Source: an uncultured Chlamydiae bacterium | GTDB lineage: Bacteria; Chlamydiota; Chlamydiia; Chlamydiales; JAJFMB01 | DNA length: 64,000 nucleotides | NCBI GenBank assembly: GCA_963696295.1 | Contig: CAVOJR010000001.1 | Coordinates: forward strand, 2,656,001 to 2,720,000 | Direction: 5' to 3' | Shown: positions 39,331 through 47,398 of the stretch, in pieces | Numbering within the stretch: position 1 is the stretch's first letter | Layout: the number at the start of each line of letters is the position of its first letter | Made by a program: the position numbers and the translations under genes | The notes under the pieces: generated by a model | Databases searched by the model: none | Seen by the model: only the letters and a program-made list of their open reading frames with translations | What the model was told of the DNA's origin: nothing

Positions 39331-40254
39331 TTACGTCTTTCTGCGCTTATGGGTATTCGGAACTTTTAAAGCTGTTTTAATGTCTTTGTCTTCCAATTGA
39401 TAAATACGTTGCTCAAGATGGTCATGATTCAGATAACTATCGATGATATGGGTATCAGATTTCAGAAGATAGGGTAGGCTTTTGTACAGATATTTTATAC
39501 AATCTTCATCTTTTGAATATTTAGGTACATTAGAAATATTTCCCTTTAGTAAATGGACTTGATCGGGGTTTTCCAGACGCAGGCAAGCGAGCAATTCCAG
39601 CACTTGAAGATCGTGTTGCCCCCGATCCGTATAATCCCCCAAGAACACGAGCTCTACTCCAGGCTGGCACTTGAATTTTTCATCGAGAAGACCCGCTTTC
39701 TGGATCTCGTTGAGATTTTCCAATAAGCTTTTTAAATCAGCATGCAAATCGGCGCGCACAAAAATCCTGGAAGCAGGCTCCAGGTCCTTTTTCATGATGA
39801 AACCGTAGTGGGCTTCCTCAAAATCCTTGTCATCCAGATCGATGCCAAGCTTTTTGATTTGATTCCGATACCGACTGATGCTTTTGTTCAAAACTTTTTC
39901 CACCCTTTCTATATTCACTGGGATATCATCAAAACACTTCTCAGCAGCATTCCAATTGGAGTTGTATTCCGCCACTAAAGAGGCGACTGATGACAGCTTG
40001 ATTCGGGGCTTTTCGATGAGTGGATTATTTAGAACAGGTTTCGTAGCTGGCTGAGAAACTAATTGAGAACCGGAGGCGGCATTGAGCTGATCTTCAGTGA
40101 TTTTGAGTTTTTTTACATCGGCGCGCTTTAAAGCCTCGCTAGTGGAAATATTCTGGCATTTATTCATGACATAGCTTCTGAGCGTCGCCACAACCTCTTC
40201 ATCATAGTCTGTGATATCGGCACAGGTGAGTTCTTGGCCCCGACGCTCATGCAC
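39331..40254 (-). CDS. Chimeric ORF: internal PPP-phosphatase segment fused in frame to the C-terminus of the 42444-43244 protein
   Basis: 39538-40239 matches 45676-46377 (about 11 substitutions counted by eye); 39322-39539 matches 42435-42652; junction reads LLKGN|ISNVPKY. Confidence 0.8.
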   Translation of the reverse strand: MHERRGQELTCADITDYDEEVVATLRSYVMNKCQNISTSEALKRADVKKLKITEDQLNAASGSQLVSQPATKPVLNNPLIEKPRIKLSSVASLVAEYNSNWNAAEKCFDDIPVNIERVEKVLNKSISRYRNQIKKLGIDLDDKDFEEAHYGFIMKKDLEPASRIFVRADLHADLKSLLENLNEIQKAGLLDEKFKCQPGVELVFLGDYTDRGQHDLQVLELLACLRLENPDQVHLLKGNISNVPKYSKDEDCIKYLYKSLPYLLKSDTHIIDSYLNHDHLEQRIYQLEDKDIKTALKVPNTHKRRKT

Positions 40255-40302
40255 TTCAGCGTGGATGAAGCGCTGGCGTTTTCGCGGCGTGTCGGAGCTG
40301 AG
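40240..40302 (+). pseudogene. Short fragment resembling the C-terminal part of a PhnP-like metallo-beta-lactamase-fold hydrolase
   Basis: Translates PTLMHFSVDEALAFSRRVGAE; GC-rich relative to the flanks. Confidence 0.5.
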
Positions 40303-40443
40303 CCTGAACCAAATTTTCCAGTGAAAAAGTGTGTTTTCTTGAAGAATCCATCAGAACTTATGGTGTATTAATTAAAACTTTAATCAATGTTAATATTCAA
40401 GTTGTATAATTATTTTTTAAATAAACGAGCAGGAGTAAGTATT

Positions 40444-42135
40444 ATGGTAAAATCAATACACAGCAACAGCTTTCCTCAACCAACACAAGCTGGCAGCATA
40501 GAAACTAAGAGCATTTCCTTTAAAGATGCCCAGAAAATGTTTGCACCTAAACCTCAAGAAACCCACGCTATAAAGAAGCTCATTCCTCCTGCAAAGAAGC
40601 TAGAGATTCCGGCCGTTATGACTGCAGCTCCGGTTGTAAAAGAATCAAATACCGTAAAAGCAGCCGAGCTAGCCCCTCGATCCTATGGGGATTTACCGCC
40701 GCCGCCCGACCTAAGTACTCTTCCAAACTATCCTATTCCAACAGAGACAGCCGAACCCCTTCTGCCTCCACCTCCAGTATTTGATGAAACTCAACACAAG
40801 GAAGTTAAAATTTCAGAAGTAAAATTACAAACACCTGAGGAGCGGGCAAAAACTGCAACAGCTAGTCAAATGGCACAAATCCCTGCAACGGTTCAGCAAT
40901 GGTTTACGAAAGCAGTCAACGGTGTAACGAGTGCAGTAGGCTTGCTCCATCGCGGTCCATCTGTAGAAACTGCAGAGACTACTACAAAAGAACAGCAATG
41001 GAAAGAAAAGGCCATCAAAAGCCTGGATGACTGGAAGCCTAAAGGAAACGCCGAAGAGGCAAAAAAGCGTATTATTCAAGCCATAGAGAAAGAGATGAGC
41101 TATAGATCGAGTTGGTTAAATTTAATAAATACTAATGATTTAGATTTAAGCAATCTAGATCTCGATACTCTTCCGTCGGTCATCTGGGAACTCTCAAGTT
41201 TAACCCGCCTCAATTTGGCCAATAATTCCCTTACCATCCTCCCGCCTACAATAGGAAATCTTAAAAGCTTAAAAAGCGCGGAATTGGACAATAACAAACT
41301 CAAATCGATTCCCCAGGAACTAGGCAATATCAAGGGCTTGGAAGGAGTCAACATTGCTTACAACCCGCTCGAATCCCGTCCACCTAAATTAGGGCAGCTC
41401 AAGTATTTTTATTTTGGCTCAACAGAAGTTTACACAACCGAAAAAGCTATTTACATGACATTTTTTGTGATGGGTTTATCTTCAGAGGAGGCTCAGCGCA
41501 TGGCTCAACAGGATTACAAGTATGTAGATGAATTCGCTGAATCTTCAGAACCGGAAGATCAGTATAAACAGTGGGCGGATAAGGCCATAAAAAGCCTGGA
41601 TGACTGGAAATCGGAAGGTGATATAGATAAAGCCAAAGAAATCATTATTCGTGGTATTCGCAGGGAAAGTTCTTGTAGAAGAGATAATCAAAGTTCAGGG
41701 TGTACTTTTATAGATTTAACAAATTGCGGTTTAAATAACCTCCCTCCGGTACTATGGGAATTGACAAGGTTAGAAGATCTAAACCTGTCTGGCAACAAAC
41801 TCACATCCCTATCTCCGCAAATAGGCCAACTGACAAAGTTAACGAGTCTCAACTTATCCTCTAACCAACTAAAAGAAATCTTGCCTGTCATAAACAATAT
41901 GAAAAGCTTAACACATATTGATCTCTCTAAGAACCCGATCCTATCCTACCCAAATCAAATAGGGGAGCTTCTTTATTATTCTGACGATAATCAAGAAGTG
42001 AAATATCTTAAAAAATCATTTGTAGAATTGCTGAATTCGTCACTTTCTCATCAAATCAAAGAGGGGAAGATAAATAAAGAACAATTTGAGGAAGATCGTC
42101 TAAAAGATCTGGCCCAGGATTTTCGACGAGGATGA
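40444..42135 (+). CDS. Leucine-rich-repeat protein with Pro-rich N-terminus (candidate effector)
   Basis: LxxLxLxxNxLxxLP repeats in two modules, each preceded by QWxxKAIKSLDDWK; LPPPP tracts; GGAG RBS before ATG 40444. Confidence 0.85.
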   Translation: MVKSIHSNSFPQPTQAGSIETKSISFKDAQKMFAPKPQETHAIKKLIPPAKKLEIPAVMTAAPVVKESNTVKAAELAPRSYGDLPPPPDLSTLPNYPIPTETAEPLLPPPPVFDETQHKEVKISEVKLQTPEERAKTATASQMAQIPATVQQWFTKAVNGVTSAVGLLHRGPSVETAETTTKEQQWKEKAIKSLDDWKPKGNAEEAKKRIIQAIEKEMSYRSSWLNLINTNDLDLSNLDLDTLPSVIWELSSLTRLNLANNSLTILPPTIGNLKSLKSAELDNNKLKSIPQELGNIKGLEGVNIAYNPLESRPPKLGQLKYFYFGSTEVYTTEKAIYMTFFVMGLSSEEAQRMAQQDYKYVDEFAESSEPEDQYKQWADKAIKSLDDWKSEGDIDKAKEIIIRGIRRESSCRRDNQSSGCTFIDLTNCGLNNLPPVLWELTRLEDLNLSGNKLTSLSPQIGQLTKLTSLNLSSNQLKEILPVINNMKSLTHIDLSKNPILSYPNQIGELLYYSDDNQEVKYLKKSFVELLNSSLSHQIKEGKINKEQFEEDRLKDLAQDFRRG

Positions 42136-42247
42136 GGAGGCCTGGACCGCTTGGGGTTAATTGAGAGCCGCTCAGTCCAGATCTATCGACTTCCCCTACA
42201 GAGTTTGTATTTTGTAAAAGGGGTAACAGGGCATTTCGATCGCATTA

Positions 42248-42376
42248 GCGAGCCTCAAGTCGCGGTTAAATTGCCAAACCGCTTCGGTAATTGGAGTTGG
42301 GGATCAGGATCGAAGATATTTAGGATGTTTTGGGGCGAACTTTCTTGATTTACTGTGACTTTCACCTTCGATTCTT
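42248..42376 (-). repeat. Dispersed copy of the giant gene's 3' end (copy A)
   Basis: 42265-42376 aligns with 47415-47526; 42248-42303 aligns with 44698-44753. Confidence 0.9.
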
Positions 42377-42443
42377 CTGAGCCCTTACTTTTTCAGGACC
42401 GACTAAATAGCGCAACACCCAAGTATTGAATGTGAGTCAACTT

Positions 42444-43244
42444 TTACGTCTTTCTGCGCTTATGGGTATTCGGAACTTTTAAAGCTGTTTTAATGTCTTT
42501 GTCTTCCAATTGATAAATACGTTGCTCAAGATGGTCATGATTCAGATAACTATCGATGATATGGGTATCAGATTTCAGAAGATAGGGTAGGCTTTTGTAC
42601 AGATATTTTATACAATCTTCATCTTTTGAATATTTAGGTACATTAGAAATATAGAGAATATCCAAACCTAATTGGTGCGTTTTTAAAAGGCTACCGATTT
42701 TTTTCATTGCTTCCCAATCAGATATATCTACCTGCTTGATAGAGAATCGTTGGGATATCAAAAGGGATCGAACGCGCTTATATTTTTCCTCAGTTGATAG
42801 AAAACTAACCCCATTATCAAATTCTTCTTTCAAACATTTCAATCTATAAAGAGCAGAATCATAAGCGGAAATTTCCTCATCATCAGAGGAAAAATAGGTT
42901 TCATGGTCTTTAATAATGTGATTTTTTAACGATTCAAGGGCATCCTTTGGGCGCTCAGTTTCTTTTATTATTTCTAGCGCTTTATTCCAAAAGATATTCA
43001 CTCTACTTCCTCTGTCTACAATAAGAAGATAATCCAAATTCTTTCTTACAGCGTACACATTGAGAGCAAAAAAGCAAGAGACGGCAATCATCAAATTCCC
43101 ATGGGGAGGAAGGCTTTCAATTTTTTGTAAATCATAATTCTCGTTTGTCGCTATACAGGGTTGATGTGCAAAATCATCAAAATCATCTAAAATTTCAAAA
43201 TCGGGTATAATTTGAGATAATTTTATGCTTTCTGATACGTTCAT
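42444..43244 (-). CDS. Hypothetical protein, possibly Rossmann/methyltransferase-like fold
   Basis: 266 aa, AGGAG RBS; ATNE, LLIVD and LDILYISNV motifs. Confidence 0.55.
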   Translation of the reverse strand: MNVSESIKLSQIIPDFEILDDFDDFAHQPCIATNENYDLQKIESLPPHGNLMIAVSCFFALNVYAVRKNLDYLLIVDRGSRVNIFWNKALEIIKETERPKDALESLKNHIIKDHETYFSSDDEEISAYDSALYRLKCLKEEFDNGVSFLSTEEKYKRVRSLLISQRFSIKQVDISDWEAMKKIGSLLKTHQLGLDILYISNVPKYSKDEDCIKYLYKSLPYLLKSDTHIIDSYLNHDHLEQRIYQLEDKDIKTALKVPNTHKRRKT

Positions 43245-43459
43245 TGTACTTCTCCTTTTTTAAGCAGATTTCCCCTGCCTACCTGCCAGCCCTCAGCGCC
43301 CCGCGAATCTCGGCTCTTTCCGGAAACCTAAAACAGATTATCCCGGGACAATAAAGCTCGTCTTTAGTTCTCGAAAAAAGCAACAAAAGGGTGCGCTCAA
43401 ACCGACTCAAAGGCTGTTTGTGCATAGAATTGTTAAAAGGTCACAAAAAGCTGGCTTAT

Positions 43460-44617
43460 TTATTTTTTTTCGAGCGCTTCGACGGCTTTTCTGGCTAGAC
43501 TCTCAGCTGCTAATGCCTTCTCCAGCTCCAAAGTAGCGGATTTTAACCTTTCCTCTGCCTGTGAGATATGGGATGCATAAAACTTCTCCACCTCCAAAGT
43601 AGCGGATTTGGACTCTTCCTCTGCCTGTGCGATTTCGGGGGCAAGATTTTTCGAGGCGAGTTGGGCCGCTTTTACAGCTTCTTCCGCTTTCTTATATTCT
43701 GTCTCTAATTTGGCGATTTCAGCGTTTATCGAGCGTGTCACTTGATTCTTTTCTGAATAAAATTCAAAATGTTTCTGTTTTCTTTTTTCTTTATACTCGG
43801 ATAACTGCCTTTGGCAGCTATCGATCTTTTGCTTAAGTTCCTTAAGAGCCTCTTCGTTAGCTGGATTATTTTCTTTCCTTAAGGCAGTTTGCCTGTCGGT
43901 CGCAGCTTTTAATTCCTTCTCTTCATATTCGATCTGGTCATCATATGATTTTAGTCGGGGTTCCATCTCATCACGCGCAGCGTTAAATTTTTTTAACCTC
44001 TCTTTAGCCAAATCTATACGAGTCAGAAGTTGTTCCGCTGTCCTTTTAAGATCGGCAGGATTCGTTTCATCCTCAGAGTCATTATCAACAGCCGTTCTAA
44101 TGGATTCCTCGTGTTGTTCTTTTTGTTTTTTTAAATGTTCAAGAGCAGTTTTTGCCAGTTGCTGATTATCTCTTGCGGATTGAGTCTTCGCTTCGGCTTC
44201 TTTTAATGCTGCTCTAGCATTATCATCATTACTTGACCCAACCTTTTGATTATTGTCGGCAAAGCGGACAGCAAACGCAAAGTCGCGGGCAAAAGGAACT
44301 AGAATCCCGAGAAACAATGCCGTAAAGGCACAGAAATTTCCCAAGGTCAGATTGGAAACTCTTTTGGCAAGATTGATAAGTGAGGGGTTATTCTTCTGTT
44401 GAAACGCTTGGCGTGCAGCAGTACAACTCGCATAAATATCAAAGAAAATATTAGAGATTGTCTTAAGAAAAGCTTGAGGAAAGCCGCAGATACCCTCATA
44501 AAAGACGGCAGTGGTATAAGCTTTAACATAGCGCCCTTTGTATACCCCTTCTAGTCCTAAGACCTCGTTCATCCGTTTTTTTGCAGGAGCAAAGTCAAAT
44601 TCTATTGCAGGAATCAT
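43460..44617 (-). CDS. Hydrophobic N-terminal region plus long coiled coil (Inc-like candidate)
   Basis: LTLGNFCAFTALFLGILVPF followed by ~250 aa of heptads; 22-aa duplication at the C-terminus. Confidence 0.6.
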   Translation of the reverse strand: MIPAIEFDFAPAKKRMNEVLGLEGVYKGRYVKAYTTAVFYEGICGFPQAFLKTISNIFFDIYASCTAARQAFQQKNNPSLINLAKRVSNLTLGNFCAFTALFLGILVPFARDFAFAVRFADNNQKVGSSNDDNARAALKEAEAKTQSARDNQQLAKTALEHLKKQKEQHEESIRTAVDNDSEDETNPADLKRTAEQLLTRIDLAKERLKKFNAARDEMEPRLKSYDDQIEYEEKELKAATDRQTALRKENNPANEEALKELKQKIDSCQRQLSEYKEKRKQKHFEFYSEKNQVTRSINAEIAKLETEYKKAEEAVKAAQLASKNLAPEIAQAEEESKSATLEVEKFYASHISQAEERLKSATLELEKALAAESLARKAVEALEKK

Positions 44618-44697
44618 ATAACTACCTTAGTTTAATGGTTAAATTTAATCATAAATTGCAATAAAAGTCAAATGTAAATCATATTATCATGCCGTCG

Positions 44698-44753
44698 GCG
44701 AGCTTCAAGTCGCGGTTAAATTGCCAAACCGCTTCGGTAATTGGAGTTGGGGA
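44698..44753 (-). repeat. Dispersed copy of the giant gene's 3' end (copy B)
   Basis: GCGAGCTTCAAGTCGCGGTTAAATTGCCAAACCGCTTCGGTAATTGGAGTTGGGGA, one mismatch to copy A. Confidence 0.9.
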
Positions 44754-44847
44754 CTCGCCAAACGAATTTAAAAGGGCTTAGGAGAGGGGTATGAAAAAGA
44801 CTGGACCATTGTTTTAGATGACGACTTTCTCTTACGTTTGGGTAAAT

Positions 44848-46983
44848 TTATGCCTCATCGCTTGAGATGGAAACAACCTCTGTCAAGATGGATGTTGATG
44901 CTCCAGCCTGACGCAAAAGACCCTGTTTTTGCCACCCTCCATGAACCTTAGGACCCGTCGTAAGAATATACGCCCGCTCTAATTGATTACTGAATTTGCT
45001 TTGATAACCCGGATGCTCCATGGCGACGGTTAGCGTGGTCATGATGACTTTATCCTGGACTTTATAATGATTGTAATGCTCATGCTTATGTTGATGCCCG
45101 CGGATGACCATTTTGACTTTTGATTTTTCACCCCCGCAAAGACGCATATAATGCTTGACATCTTCGGGACTGAGCAACCAGGATCTATTGCCGGGGAAGC
45201 CCATATAAGATTCATCGCCTACATCTCCCCAATTGTAGGTAGAGAGATATTGCTCACCATATTCTTCAACGAATTGTGGACGGTTTAGTAGGTATGTATA
45301 AGCTAAGTCTGAAATGACTAAGGCGGCTTTTTGAAGCTTTATAAACCTTCGTTTTTGCTTTTTACTCATATTTTCAGGCTTTTCAGAATCAGTAATTTCT
45401 TTTACCCTGCTGCTGAACTCCTGCTCTTTAGGGATAGGCATGGCAGCCACGCTCTTCTTTTTATCCAGCAGGTCGCTCGGATCTGTCATAAGTTCAAATA
45501 AGCCGTGGGTGAAATGGACGTATTGCCTTTTGCCTTCCCGCTTTTCACTCATATAAACGGTCAATGGCAGGGTGTTATAAAAGTCGTTTAATAATGACGA
45601 GGTATCCTCTCCATCAATAAAGTCTTTGAGTTCTTGACTTTCTGTAAACGCTTTATTTATCATTAAATCTTCGTGATTTCCCTTTAGTAAATGGACTTGA
45701 TCGGGGTTTTCCAGACGCAGGCAAGCGAGCAATTCCAGCACTTGAAGATCGTGTTGCCCCCGATCCGTATAATCCCCCAAGAACACGAGCTCTACTCCAG
45801 GCTGGCACTTAAATTTTTCATCGAGAAGACCCGCTTTCTGGATCTCGTTGAGATTTTCCAATAAGCTTTTTAAATCAGCATGCAAATCGGCGCGCACAAA
45901 AATCCTGGAAGCAGGCTCCAGGTCCTTTTTCATGATGAAACCGTAGTGGGCTTCCTCAAAATCCTTGTCGTCCAGATCGATACCAAGCTCTTTGATTTGA
46001 TTCCGATACCGACTGATGCTTTTGTTTAAAACTTTTTTCACCCTTTCTATATTCACTGGGATATCATCAAAACACTTCTCATCAGCATTCCAATTGGAGT
46101 TGTATTCCGCCACTAAAGAGGCGACTGATGACAGCTTGATTGGGGGCTTTTCGATGAGTGGATTATTTAGAACAGGTTTCGTAGCTGGCTGAGTAACTAA
46201 TTGAGAACCGGAGGCGGCATTGAGTTGATCTTCAGTGATTTTGAGTTTTTTTACATCGGCGCGCTTTAAAGCCTCGCTAGTGGAAATATTCTGGCACTTA
46301 TTCATGACATAGCTTCTGAGCGTCGCCACAACCTCTTCATCATAGTCTGTGATATCGGCACAGGTGAGTTCTTGGCCGCCGCGCATGCAATTTAAATCAT
46401 CACCCATTAATTGGAACACTTTTGGGATGCCAATCTGGTAATCCACCGATGATAAAGGGAAATAATCCTTTAAAATTTGAGATTTACATTTTTTGCGAAG
46501 CTCTGCCTTATTTGAATCGTCGAGTTCGAAGGCTAGCTGATTGTTGAGTTTTAACCCGTCTCTTATGGTTGTGTAGTTACCGCTGCCGGCGATATAAGAC
46601 CGGAATAGCTCATTGAGAACCTCTTTGCTCTCAAAGAGTTTATCTGGAAGGGGCAATTTTTTAAAATCGAGGTAGCTTAAGGCTCCATCTTTCACCTTTT
46701 TTACGACATCCAGTCCTTTTTGGATTAGCTGTTTGGAATCATCACTGCTTTTTAAGAAATAACTTATTATAGCGCATGCGGCAGTCAGACCCACTTGGAC
46801 CGGAGTAATGGTATATTTCTTCCAAAAGCATACGGCCATCGATAGGCCCCCAAAAAATGCCGCTGTGGAAAAAATATCCTTGACAAAGGCGCGGATCTTC
46901 TCGCGGGACTCCCACCCTTTCGGCTTCGAACTGTTTAATTGTAGCTCCCAATGATTTTTATAAAAGTTTGTGTTAACTTGCAT
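44848..46983 (-). CDS. PPP-family Ser/Thr metallophosphatase with N-terminal hydrophobic hairpin (candidate effector)
   Basis: ADLHAD, FLGDYTDRG, LKGNHE, FTHG, IRGHQ. Confidence 0.85.
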   Translation of the reverse strand: MQVNTNFYKNHWELQLNSSKPKGWESREKIRAFVKDIFSTAAFFGGLSMAVCFWKKYTITPVQVGLTAACAIISYFLKSSDDSKQLIQKGLDVVKKVKDGALSYLDFKKLPLPDKLFESKEVLNELFRSYIAGSGNYTTIRDGLKLNNQLAFELDDSNKAELRKKCKSQILKDYFPLSSVDYQIGIPKVFQLMGDDLNCMRGGQELTCADITDYDEEVVATLRSYVMNKCQNISTSEALKRADVKKLKITEDQLNAASGSQLVTQPATKPVLNNPLIEKPPIKLSSVASLVAEYNSNWNADEKCFDDIPVNIERVKKVLNKSISRYRNQIKELGIDLDDKDFEEAHYGFIMKKDLEPASRIFVRADLHADLKSLLENLNEIQKAGLLDEKFKCQPGVELVFLGDYTDRGQHDLQVLELLACLRLENPDQVHLLKGNHEDLMINKAFTESQELKDFIDGEDTSSLLNDFYNTLPLTVYMSEKREGKRQYVHFTHGLFELMTDPSDLLDKKKSVAAMPIPKEQEFSSRVKEITDSEKPENMSKKQKRRFIKLQKAALVISDLAYTYLLNRPQFVEEYGEQYLSTYNWGDVGDESYMGFPGNRSWLLSPEDVKHYMRLCGGEKSKVKMVIRGHQHKHEHYNHYKVQDKVIMTTLTVAMEHPGYQSKFSNQLERAYILTTGPKVHGGWQKQGLLRQAGASTSILTEVVSISSDEA

Positions 46984-47165
46984 TTTGCCTCAATGAATGA
47001 TCTGATTAAATTTAACAAATTAACATATTAAAATCAAATAAAAAAAAGACAAAGCTGTGCTTCCTGAAAGAGCTGTTGAAACAATCTTCAATGAGGCAAT
47101 TCTAAAATAATGCCTAAGGATTAAACGCTATTCCCACTACTCCACTTACACCATTTCTTCCACAA

Positions 47166-47330
47166 ATGAATCCCGATATCGCTTTTGCCATCCATTCCGT
47201 CGGCAAAGTTTTTACCGGCATGCTCGATCAACCCTTTCAACTCGACCAGAAAGTGGTTGACGCCCTGCCGAAGAAAGTTAGAGACCAGCTTTCGAATACC
47301 ACCTTGCGGCAAGTGATGCATCATCAAGGG
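47166..47330 (+). pseudogene. Fragment of a serine hydrolase/class C beta-lactamase-like gene
   Basis: FAIHSVGKVFTG (SxxK) and TTLRQVMHHQG, with the intervening helix shortened. Confidence 0.55.
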
Positions 47331-47398
47331 CGTTACGTTAGAGGAGGCAGTCCCCTATTTTTAGGAATAAGATTTTCCTAGCGGTATTATTGCATCTC

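Noticed and set aside
39538..46377. Diversity-generating retroelement template/variable repeat pair
   Set aside because: Repeat is 700 bp, differences are not adenine-specific, and no reverse transcriptase is present in the window
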